A stretch of 64,000 bases of DNA from Klebsormidium nitens (lineage: Eukaryota; Plantae; Klebsormidiophyceae). The notes below the pieces were generated by a model that was not told the DNA's origin, did not search any database, and worked only from the letters and a program-made list of their open reading frames with translations. The stretch lies in contig DF237225.1 of the NCBI GenBank assembly GCA_000708835.1, positions 50,784 through 114,783 of the forward strand, written 5' to 3'. The position numbers were made by a program, and so were the translations under genes. Shown piece by piece: positions 35,321-46,686 of the stretch (positions are counted from its first letter, which is position 1; each line of letters opens with the position of its first letter).

Positions 35321-37986
35321 TTCAATAGGGACCCTCTGGGCAGCCGGCTATCTCAAATCTTCGTGGTAAACACTGTCAAGAAGGCTCGAGCTTCATGAAT
35401 CGTTGGATGCAGGGCCCGATTGCTGATTGACGGCGCCAGCCCGTCTGCTTTTGTCACGTGGTTGGATTCCCAGCTCAGGGACGGATCTCGCGCGCGTAGC
35501 TTTGTTGGACGAGCTATCGGAGACCTCATCAACATGCACTGTGACTGATGCAGGTTGCCTGCAAGCTTCAGAAATTACTGTAGAAAGGAGAAGCGTCGTT
35601 TCCAAGTCTCAAGCTCGGTAACCGAGTCCATTCAAGGTTGATTTAGAGGTTGCAACATCACATACACTCAATTTGTGTGCCATGAGAAGCTTATGGCCAT
35701 GATGTGGCTACGACGCGTAAAAGAGAAGATCATGCAGATCTCACAAGCTAGAGGATGAGCTACATACTTCGAGATTGATCATGAGCCTATACAATGCGCC
35801 GCTGGAAACAAGTTGCCTGGACTTTGGGAAGATAGTCATTGGCGACGCTTTGGACAATTGCCGCTTTCTAAAACTTGACATAATTATGGTACATGATAGG
35901 TTTCGAGCCCTTCGGTGTCCGAGCTTGTTATATAACACAATATTGATTGTTAAATCACTTGCTGATTAATTGGAGGCCATTCAACTGTTGCGAGCCGATC
36001 AAACAGTGCCACCGCACAACACGGTATATGTGAGAACGACTGTCAGTAAGACAAATCCTATGGGCACGTGCACGTTACTGAATTGGCTTTTGAACTACAC
36101 GTACTGGCTTTTGAAAACGGCCGCATGGCCGCTTTGGCAACCTGACGTTCCAATGGCGCACATGCAGTATGTACTAGAAATGATCAAGTGCACGCGGTGA
36201 CAATCAGCTTCGATCCTTGACCAGATGGAAGATTTAGTTGATACAGATATCATAGTACCATGATTGAATCGCAAATTTAACCTCCAAACGCAGTGAGTTC
36301 CTTCAAGAATCAAAGCTACGGTCTGCCACTGGGACAACTTGAAATGCCACTTCTAGTCTGATATTGAACGAGCCTTCGGACGCAACTTGCCAGTTATGCA
36401 GCGAAGGGTTTCTCTCCAAGAGTGATCTCGAACATTTTGGCGGCCCGGCGGCATCATCTTACAAGCACATCCTCAACTCAACAAGTCAGTAAACGAATGT
36501 ATGCATGGCGTGGGCACACGCGCCGGACACACGCATCATCAAATAAGAGGCTTGTGGTCGAGAAACTGTAAGATTCTCTTGGCCTGGCCCGTTTTTCGCG
36601 CGCAGCCAGGACTCATACATATATAGATGCCACGCTCGCTTAGCTTGAGCCCCGCTTCAGCCTCCTCCTCAATCGACGATTGTCCATCGCCGTCTTCGCT
36701 CAACCAAGAAGCCAGGTTCAGGGGAATCTCAGTCGACCTGCGGCCCAGGTAAAACTTCAGTCTGTGTCCGATTTCGTGCTTAGCTGGCCTGCATTGGCAG
36801 AGTCACCACTTCATATCAGTCAGTGGCAATATTTTAAGAAGACTGATGTCAGCGCGCACATAGCATCAGTGCAGATCAAATTGTCCTCTATTTTCAGTCT
36901 GATAATGATGCACCGAGTCTCACTGAAAGCGCCCAAATGCATCCGCAAAAGGCCGCCAGCGTACTTGTAGGTCGGACGCTTTATACCTTAAGAAATGTAA
37001 GCTCAATCTCAATATGATAAGCGTCCACGACCTTTCTGGTATCCCCCGGATTCAGCTGCGCAGGCCAACAGGCTGCCCAAACGTCCAACGGCCTAACACG
37101 TCTTCTGCTTTCAACAGCAGCGGCTCGCCCACTGGTCGAGCTGCAGCGTTCCAACTGCCATACCTGGCTCGTCCTCGCGAAGTGATTAAATAAGATACGC
37201 AGCCCAATCAACCTCATGATCGCAAAGGACGGCGGCCTGACGTCAGCCAATCAGACCAGTTCGTCAGGCACGGAAATTTCCCTGAAAAGCCCCAGAAGCT
37301 CACCTGAACATGATCCAGCTCGCGCTTAGGCACCTCATGTTCCACCGGCCGTACGCTTCCGCCCGCTCAGCAAGGCCCCTCGACTGCGCACACGTCCACC
37401 TTTGAGAAGCGCGCGCGCGCGCTCGTGCGCACGGGGTAGGCAAGCACAGGTGGGAGCTCCCAGGGGTGTGTAGCGAGCGCAGAGGTAGTATGGCACAAGT
37501 CTCTGCATGAAGTAGCCTGGGGGCTGTGAGGGGCTTTGACTTTCAAGGTTTTGTTCAGTCGCTTTGATAATGTTCGAGAGTGCATCAATACCGAAAGTAG
37601 ACCGAATTGAGTTATAAACATCTGTGGATCGAAACGAGCTAGTCTTGTGTGCAGTCTGGTGAGTGTCAGCCAATCCACTTTATCTTTTTACAACAAACAC
37701 TAGTAGGCTAGGTGGCACCAGAGTCGAGGTTTGCGTTGAAGCCATCAGAGTGCCCTGTGACCAAGAACAAATCCACCAACCACCAGACATGTTAATTCCC
37801 GTAAATAGGTGTTGAGAAACCCTTCTCCACCAGGCTGGTTCTCTGTGTACTCAACTTTTGAAACACATATGATAAGCCCCTCGCTTCAACAAGAGCAACC
37901 AGGTTGGTAAACAAACGGCGCTCAAAGAGCAGCTCTTTGCCCCACCTTATCGTCTCTGGAGCTGCCTTGTATCATCTCATAATCCC

Positions 37987-39204
37987 TCAGATCAATGCCG
38001 CTTCCAACGCCTCTTCCGAGAGCTCCGCGTCATCATCCCCCTCGTTCAGCCCCTGACCAGAGTCCCGAACAGCCCCGTTCTCCCGCCGCGCCTTCTGCCC
38101 CGCCCGCCGCCGCGTGTTATACGCGTTGCAGCACGCCTTGCACTTGTCCTGCAACCCGTCCACTGCGGCCCTGTTCCTGTGAAACTCGGCCACCGCTTTC
38201 TCCTCCCCACACTCGATGCAGTGCTTGGGTTGCGTCCGGGCGAGGACCTCCGCATCCCTGTGCCGCCGGTACAGCTGTCGGCGCCTCTCCGAGAAGCACT
38301 GCTTGCAGATCACAGCACGGCCGCGGAGGCGCTTCTTGTCCAGCGCAAACTCGGCCCCCGGCTTTGTTTCCCCACAGCGGTTGCACGGCAGGGGGGTGCT
38401 CTCCGGTGCCGGCAATCGGTCCGGCTGCTGACGCTCCATCTGGCACTTGCAAGCCCGGCAGTAGATTTCGATGCCCTCGGCCTTCCTGATGTTCCGCCCA
38501 AAGTCACGCAGCTCCTTCAGGATCCCACAACGAGCGCAGCTCTTGGCCCGCTCCCAAGACTCCTCGACGTTCAATGATAGGTGGTGCATATCAACGCCAA
38601 CGCGCTCTGCTCGGATAGCCGCTAGGCACGCGCGGCACAGGTCACTCCGCAAGTCGGAGCCGCGCCTCTTCTCAAAGTCGACAATATGTTTGGAGTGAAC
38701 GCAACTGGCGCAAACTTTTGAGCTTGCTTTAGTGGCGCGAGCAAACACACCATCAGGCTCCAGCACTTGGCTGGTTGTCGACTTCTGTCCTAAAGCAACT
38801 GCTTCCTCCTCTGTACGATCAAGCTGCTGACTGATGGTTGAGGCGAAACCTTTGATTCCGTCCCTGCGAAACCTGGCCGCATTTTGCTGGGTGGATATGA
38901 GGCGCACCGAATGAAACCTTAGGCCCACAGGCTGATGAAAGATTCCTACTTTCCGGGGACTGCTGAAGCGAATGCAGATGGCGCTGCCGCTTGATCCGCA
39001 ATTAGATAGCAAAGTTGGATTGCACCAGTATTTGCAGCACTTGGGAAAGGACCTGCGCATCAGACGCGCACCACCAAATGTGGTGGCACTTTTGCAGTAG
39101 GCCTGTGCAGGCATGAGCTTTGCCTTCTGCGAGAAACGGCTTGATTGGACAATGGTGGAGGCCATCCCAAAAGGCGAACGATCAATGCGGCCCGCCATTG
39201 GCAT
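37987..39204 (-). CDS. Intronless protein with four tandem Cys4 zinc ribbons (CxxC-x3-K-x3-(D/E)F-x11/12-CxxC) and a putative N-terminal transit peptide
   Basis: 405-codon open frame. Repeats: CASC..K..DF..CRAC, CARC..K..DF..CRAC, CNRC..K..EF..CKQC, CIEC..K..EF..DGLQDKCKAC. Strong GC3 bias in repeats 2-4. Start codon uncertain (39204 or 39060). Confidence 0.8.
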   Translation of the reverse strand: MPMAGRIDRSPFGMASTIVQSSRFSQKAKLMPAQAYCKSATTFGGARLMRRSFPKCCKYWCNPTLLSNCGSSGSAICIRFSSPRKVGIFHQPVGLRFHSVRLISTQQNAARFRRDGIKGFASTISQQLDRTEEEAVALGQKSTTSQVLEPDGVFARATKASSKVCASCVHSKHIVDFEKRRGSDLRSDLCRACLAAIRAERVGVDMHHLSLNVEESWERAKSCARCGILKELRDFGRNIRKAEGIEIYCRACKCQMERQQPDRLPAPESTPLPCNRCGETKPGAEFALDKKRLRGRAVICKQCFSERRRQLYRRHRDAEVLARTQPKHCIECGEEKAVAEFHRNRAAVDGLQDKCKACCNAYNTRRRAGQKARRENGAVRDSGQGLNEGDDDAELSEEALEAALI

Positions 39205-39563
39205 TTGAGGGAGGCTCTTTCACGACACTTGAAAAGCTGAGCACCTCCCAACTTCAACTTCGTGTTCCAAGCTTTAATATTAGGGTTTCAAACCCTAGAA
39301 GGGGCAGAAAGTGCTTCTTTCTTCTAACGCCAATGGCAGAAGTTGTCACTGTTGTGTGGCCTTGCCTGCCAGCAGCACCAGTGCTTAAACTGGACTGCAC
39401 GTCCAGGTTCTTTAGCTGGCTCCTGCAGGATGCTCTTTTGCTGAGGTTGTTGACAAAATTGCATGGAAGCCGATCAAGCTCTGCCTGAGTGAGGCAGCTT
39501 TCAGCAAATCAGGGCAGGGGGCAATGTGGGGTACCTGTGGGGCGTACACTGAACGATCGTACG

Positions 39564-41578
39564 ATGTTGCGCTTTCCACTATCTCGCCGAGCTCGATGTC
39601 CTTCCTCAGGAGCTCTTTCATATCTCTGGCAGGACGTCTGTGGGGTGGTGCGCTTTCCGGCAGTCACAAATAGCACCTCAGCAGCGAAGACTTCAGACAA
39701 TCTCTTCTGGAGGCCATTCTGTGCTGCCCCTGCTGATGCTCAGACTCGCTTGGACCACGACAAGCGGAACGGTGTTTATACCTTAACCTTCCTGGGTCAA
39801 GGGGAGCATAGAATCAACCCTGCTTTTGTGGCCGAGGTCGAGCGTCAGCTCGACACCGTGCTAGAAAACGAGTCTCCAATTGCTCTGGTGACAGCTAACG
39901 AGGGTAGGTTCTGGTGCAACGGACTGGACATTGACTGGGTGAAGGAAGACCCTAAGATAAGGTTAGAACCAGGGGTTTTGTCGTTGCTCCGATTGGTCAA
40001 AAGGTTTTTGGAGCTGCCAATCCCAACTGTGGCGTCGATCAACGGGCACGCTGCTGGGGGTGGTTTCGTGCTTGCGCTTGCAAATGACTACAGGTGAGAG
40101 GGGGCCAGTCAATCTATCTCATTGCCACAGTATCATTGAGGATGTCGGACTGAAGTCTGTCTTGAAATGACTCCAGCTTCTCCTCTTGAGATAGACTCTC
40201 AGCCTGATGTTTGATCCAAATGTTGGGGCAATTCTCATCTTAGAGATCATATGCGTTCCTTTGGATCCGTTCGTGGTTGTAGTAAACAAGCGCTCAATGC
40301 CAGAAGTGACTGCTTTTGGACTGCCAGGTTCTAGCCATGTTGAAATGCTCTTCCGGGTTCGTTCAGATTCTTTCAATGTGAGGATATTTCAGAGGTTTAG
40401 GGTCATCTACGGAGCAGATGGAATGCGGGTTTGAGTTTCTTGATTGCTGCGAAGCCCCTAAACGTAGCTGAGTGCCTCTGCTGACCCTTGGACATGACTT
40501 CGGGGCTGATTACACCTTGCTTCGTTTCCGGATTAGAGCCCCCGCAGCGCTGTAGCTTCTCTGAGAAACAGGAAAGTGAAGATGAGATCTCATCTTAGTC
40601 ACGCAGTTGTCTGGGGTGCTTCAGTGAAAAGCTCAATCTTCCCTGATTCCATTTCCAGTGTTCTCTGTCATTCTCTTTATTGGCGGTTTCTCATCTTGGC
40701 ACTTCGTTTTGCACAAGGACCTGTGCTGGGCAACTCTGAGCTTCATAAGAGGTCGATTCGCTCTGTTCTGAAGAATGGGGGACGTCAGAAATAGTTCGAA
40801 TCTAACACTGGCAGTGCACAATTAGATCGTATCTGGCAATATAGTTGGCAGTAGCAGTTAATAGGAACCCAATGCAGCTCTATGATGCATCCGCTGCTAC
40901 AGTTGCTGTCGAACAATTTTTGTGGGTCTGTTCTTGGCTCTCTATTGTCAGGCGTCCTCAGACCATTTGCGGCTTTAAATCCTTGTCGAGGTCGGCTGTC
41001 TTGAAGACTTCGAATCGAGCAGGTTGAAGGGCGCTCTTTGATCGCTCTCGAAACCCTTGTGCCACATAAACGCTTGTCAAGGCATGGCATCGGACCCCAG
41101 GTAAGCCCTCGCCTTTAGGCGTGAGTTATCTAGAGAAAATAATGATCTGTATTGTCTCTAATGCATCCCAGTGTGCATTTCCAGGTATATGAGACGGAGT
41201 AAGAGCGTCCTCTACTTAAGCGGGGTCGACATCGGTCTGCCGCACCCCCCCGGCGCGAACGCGCTCCTCCGAAGCAAGATGCGGCCCGAAGTCTACCGGG
41301 ACGCCGTCTTATACGGCATGAAATTCAATGGTGACATGGCCGCGAGTGCAGGTCTGGTGCAGTGCGACCCGCTCGGGGAGATCCCCTGGGATGCTGACGT
41401 TCTCAAACACGCCGAAAAGTTTGCGTCTTTCTTGGCGCGACGGAAGTTTGACAGGGAGGTGTATGGCGCGATGAAACGAGACATGTACAGCGAGGCTCTT
41501 GAGCTTCTCGAGAACGGCGGCATAGGGCAGCTGGGCAGCATGGGGCTGTTTGGGAAGATCCTGAAAGGGGCAGAATAG
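39564..41578 (+). CDS. Enoyl-CoA delta-isomerase (plant ECI1/2/3-like, crotonase superfamily) with N-terminal presequence; exons 39564-40093, 41185-41578
   Basis: GVYTLTF.GQGEHRINP, LVTANEGRFWCNGLD, PTVASINGHAAGGGFVLALANDYR|YMRR..VLYLS.VDIGL match plant ECI proteins. The phase-2 GT-AG intron is consistent. Confidence 0.88.
40308..40446 (+). repeat. Interspersed ~140-bp repeat, copy 2 (in ECI intron)
   Basis: Aligns with 7015-7178. Confidence 0.9.
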
Positions 41579-43815
41579 GAACGATGCTGTACAGTAGTTT
41601 TAACCTGACCCTGTGTTGAGCAACGGGTCCCTAGGTTGCTAAGTCATAACAGCTAGGGGAGTCGGACTCAGCCGTGCCCAGTTGGCAGCCTGAGAGGTTT
41701 TACTAGCCTTTGCCATGATCGACTCGCTCGTGGCTCAGCCTAGCTCGACGAGAAACCACTGAGAGACGAGTGCTCGCGAGTATAGTCCGAAAACAAGCTC
41801 AATCTTGATCGGAAATATGATACCTTCGGCAGGCTTCGACTCGGAATTGTTAGTTTCGAGAGGACAAGCTACGTATGAAAACAAATTGCTGAGAAAAGTA
41901 CGAACCAAGTTGATTACCAGTAGCATACGAAATCAAAACATCCTACAGAGCATGGAATATATGAAGTACCGCTCATGAGCTAGTGTCTAGAGTGTTCAAA
42001 TCAATTCTTTGCCAACTTGCATGGACGGTCAAGGTTGAGTACTGGCCGGGACGGCTGTTCTGTCGGCCGACTTTTGAATTCATGTACTATATGTACGGTA
42101 TTGACTGATTCTAAAATAATCAAACGTCCTTTGGATTACCATGTATACGAGCCTAGCCTGCTGGTTAGATTGAAGTGCACGTTCAACATGGCCGTAATAT
42201 AGATGATACTGGCGGCTGCCATGCATGCAAGATTGTTACTTTTGTGCATTCATTACCCGTCTAGATATCGGACACGATTCTGGTCAGCATATCATTCACC
42301 GGTACGTGTCGGGCAGGATCCTTTATAGCACTCGATCATGCTGTCATATTGTGAATGATGAGCGCAAATCTTCTTGTCGAATCTGGAGATGCACTGATGC
42401 GAGACCAGCCGAGATCGAAGTTCGAGCCTGGTTCCCCCGACACGTACAGGCCAGCCGATCAGACGGCCGCCTCGGCTTGTGCGTACCGTGGACTTAGACA
42501 AGCTAAAGGGCTGCAATGCTGCATGCTGGCGCTCGTTTCTTCTTGCACTGCACAGCTTGCATGCGGCAGCGCATCGGGCCTTCCCTCGCATCAATTTTCC
42601 TACAATGAATGTCCGTTCAAATGAAAGCCAGCGGTACCTTGAATCCGTTTGGCCGGAATTCTTGTGTGCATGATGAAGCCAGGTTACTTTAGTAGCTATT
42701 ACGTACAGCTGGCCGGTCCGAGTGGAACGGCCCCTAACCCGTCAAGACTGTTGTTCAAAGCATTGGATCGACTGTCGAGGCTTCAATCAAATTCGCACGT
42801 GCGTTGGACGTAACGTGGCCCTTTGCCAGAGCTCAATGAGTCACGTGTCAAAGTGGCCGTCAGCAAACGTTTGGGTATTCTTGGACATCTTCAGCAACTC
42901 TGCAACACCCTCGTTGCCTGTCGAAAAATTGCTTCCTCGATGTATTTGACGTTGCACCCTACCTTCTGGGATCGCGTTCACTTCCTCTACACTTCGGATA
43001 GAAGAACCTTTGACTCCAATTTGACTGAACGAAACTACCATTTGACTGGGAGTAAGACGGAACTGTTTGCTAATCAAATCAAACTTGTGCATCCTGGAAG
43101 GAACCTTTGACATGGCAAACGCGATTGACACCTGACCCATGTTACTAGTCTTGCACATTCTACCAATCGTGTTTTTCTCACCCCCGGAATGGGGGAAAGG
43201 AAGGCACCAAGAAGGGACCCCAGAGCACACGATCCGTATTGGCTTGCGTAGTGGGCGTTGCCAGGAGTCGCTTGGATTGCCTCTCTCGTCTAAGTTCTGC
43301 AAACAGGCGCCGCTGCATCAGCTCGAGCCTGACAGAAGATTTGAGACGCTCAGATCGATAACCAATGAGATACATAAGGATGAGAGCACTCCTACGTCCG
43401 ACCTTCTTCTTCTGTACCAAAGTGTTGAGGAGTGTCGACTATGATGCGGCGCTAGATTGTCCAGATAAAGGTATGCGATGCATCGTCTAGAGTACGATCT
43501 CGAGAAGCCTGTGACTAAGAAGACGGCTGCTATAAACGACGAGTCGACACGCCCTTTCATACAAAGACAATTTCTCGGTCCCGACTGAAGCATTGTCTGA
43601 ATTTGATGAAATCTAGAGGACATTTGCTGCCGTCCTGACGTTGGATTGCACCACTTACGTACTACACGAATTGACCCACGTGAAAGCGATTGATGTGCCC
43701 CACCTAAGAATCCTATACAAACGTTCCGTTCGCCAGCATCCCGTTTGGTTGAGTAAGGTTCAACACCTGCCTCACAATCTCAGTCAAACATTACTGCTCC
43801 CTTCATCGTACATCA

Positions 43816-46686
43816 TTATCCTGCCACTTTGAATTTCCCATTCCTACCTTCCCTGTGACAGCTCATGTGGCCCCCAAGGGCCGCCGACTGGAGGAACGTC
43901 AGCCCACAGAAGCGACACGTGTAGGCTGCCGGGCTTTCCACGCCCTTGCCCTCGTTTCTCGGCGCCGGCAAGGCTGGATGCACCGGCTCGCCCCAGGTGC
44001 TGACGTGGCGCTTCTGGGGCAGTCCGCGCCGCAGGTACTCGCCCGCTTCGTCAAAGCCCACGGTTTCTGCGTCCAAAAGAGAAAGGACGTCGGAAACTGT
44101 CCGCAATGCAGCAGTGTAGAGATTACAGCAGTGTAGAGAGGGACTTCTCGGCGCTCGTTTGATGAGAGCGACGCCAAAATCCTCTCTAAAGTGGGGCCGC
44201 ATTCTAGTATGCAAAAATTCGCCCTCGCTTTCATCCGTCGGCAAACGACTCAGGTGTCTGATCGACTTCTCACGGCCGGAATTGGTCAAACGGCTGACAG
44301 CTTGTGCCCGCAATGTCTTTCAATAATAAGACGAACTTCGAAGCATTTTCCTTCCTCGTACTGAAATAATGAAGGGCAGACTTGTTCCTCGAGCGTGCTT
44401 CTGTAGATCTTTCAAAGCTCGAGGCAGGGCTGTGCTGTTTCAGTTTTTGGTTTCAGTGACAGGCAGACCTCCTCAAGCCATTTAAGGACGGCATCTTGCA
44501 AAAAGCCCTCTCTTTGCTGCAAGCTCCAGAGTTCCAGGAACAGCATATTAAACCCCCATTTCTGTGCCTTCGCCTCTGATGATGAACATAGGGGACGCAA
44601 GCTCTGCAGAGACAGGTCAGTGCACTTCACCCACGCTCCACGTTTAATTGTAATTCATGACGGGACTTCAACAAAAGTCCGGCATTCTTTTCAAGCAAAA
44701 AGTGTACGTTCAGATCGGTTTTCACGGGACGTACCGTCCTCAGAAGCGACCCTTCTCTTTACGCTCGCAGAGTGCGGACGCTCCTCTGGCCTTGGCTGCC
44801 CCTCTCGCCATTCCCGACCGGTTCCCGGAAGCTCTTGCTCGGTCACACTTTGTTGCCCACAGCCAAAATCGCGCGTTCGATATTTCTGGGACACGGGAAT
44901 GCTCCCGGACACCTCACCAGCCCTCTCAGGATCCAGACTCCAAGTTCGAAGTAATTCCGGCTCCCTTGCTTCGGGGACCGACGCCCTGCGTGACGCAAGA
45001 CGCGGGCGCGCCCCCGTTAGATCGCCCCGCGTGCTACCGAAGCGCGACGCGGCCGCGTCCTCCGCTTCGCCGCCCGCGCTTTCTATCATCTCATGCTGCG
45101 GGACGGCCCCGTCCTCCAGTGCACCGCGCGCGAGGCTGTCAAACCCGCGCGGCAACGTGCCCGCGGCTTCCAGTCCTCCGCGGCCGCTCTGAGTCTCGGC
45201 CGCGGGCACCGCGCCCGATGGTCGACCGCGCGCGCTCGCGATGTCGCTCGCGGCCGCGCCGTTTTGTGATTGGCCGAGCCGCAGCGCAAAGCTTGGGTAC
45301 TCAGCCGCGGGCGGATTCCAGAGGAGGGGGGTTTGGGTAGGATTCTGGTCCCCGAGAGACAACCGGGCTACTCTCTCATCCTCCCAGGTCGGAATCACCG
45401 GTTCCGAAACACGCCCGTCGTGCACGGATCCCGCTTGCTCTGGAAACAGGCTCAGGGGCTGGACGTCTCTCAAATAATCGCCGTTCCTTTCTTCGCCTCT
45501 TTCTGTTTCCAGGCGACTAGAAATCCGCTGCTGCAGATGATCCGTCGCCACCAAGCCCGGCGCACGCATGGCCTCAAAGTCGGCGGTTCCGCTGGTCGCC
45601 ATTCTCCATCCTTCCGGCGGAACGGATTGGGCCCGCCCTCTGGCCGCAATGCCGAACGTCGCGCCTTCCGTTTCCGCACTGCCTTCCGCTTCCGCTCTCC
45701 AGCCGGATTCGTGTATCCTGTTCCTCTGAGAGGTTTGTATTGTTTCCGCTAGTCTCCCGTTCCCTTCCGCTCTTCTCTCCAATTCCCGCTCCGCTTCCGC
45801 TTCCAGTTCTTCCATCGGAAATTGCAGCGACAGCGAATCTTCTCCACACCTATGCCACGTGACATTCTGCCAGTCACTCTCTGCCCCCTCCGCGCAACGC
45901 TCTGGCGGCCGCGCCGCGCCACTCTCTTCCGAGCCGCGCGCGCACACCGCTGAATCCTTCGTTGGAATCTGGAACCGAAGAGCCGGGTTCGTCCCTACTG
46001 AGGAACCCAGGGAGACAATGGACGGCAGGTTTGAGTAGAACACGTCAGATGACGTCGCAGATGCGGCCATGCTCCATTCACCCGTATCCCTCCCTCGTCG
46101 GCCGCTAGAAAGTACCCCCCAGGGATCGCTGGCCCTGCTAAGCGGCTGCGCGACGCTTGGGTCGGACGGGTCCCAAAAGAAGCCCCGCGAGTTGTCGCCT
46201 CCCAAGGGCTTGTACCTAGGGAAAGTATGCATGGACCGGAGTGCCCGACGCTCCGTGTGATGATGTCGAACAGATTCGAACTTTTCCGCGGGGAAGGTGT
46301 TCGCGCGCGCGTAGATTCCTGACCTGGGAGGGAAGAGAGCTGGGCCGCTTCCCTTGGTTGCCAATTTTGAGGGGCCGGCCCCGTCGTGTTTTGCCGGGGG
46401 AGAGGACCGAGCAGCGCCAGGGGAGGGGGGGGTTGCTTCCAGCTCGGTTGACGAGAATGGCGGATAAAGTTCCAGAACCGGGAGAGATTTTACAGGCCAG
46501 CTGTGCGCGCGTGGATTTGGGTTGACATCCCCCTGGAAACCTTTCTCGATCTCGTTCCTCGGGCGCGAAGCTTTCACAGATTCGGTCCCGGCAGGAAACG
46601 GGGCAAGGACGGACATAGGATCGCTTCGAGCAGCCTCTCGTCTCCAGAGACGAGAGGCCTTCCTTTCTGTTTCACTGAGCCAAGGC
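43816..46686 (-). CDS. Large low-complexity protein with a C-terminal plant-type C2H2 zinc finger; exons ~46686-44708 and 44096-43816, probably more exons upstream (candidate ~47238-47112)
   Basis: A 641-codon ORF with a phase-1 donor at 44707 matches the acceptor at 44097. The last exon encodes YTCRFCGLTFLQSAALGGHMSCH (QALGGH-like). Confidence 0.7.

Noticed and set aside
35353-37680. Degraded coding-like stretches (plus frame 35721-36200 with one stop; minus exon-like piece near 37300-37480) as the transposase for the CCGAC array
   Set aside because: No Tnp2, hAT or MULE motifs could be identified; left unassigned.
43178-43623. YLYLDNLAPHHS motif reminiscent of a Tc1/mariner DDE segment
   Set aside because: A single short motif, with no other catalytic motifs or TIRs found.
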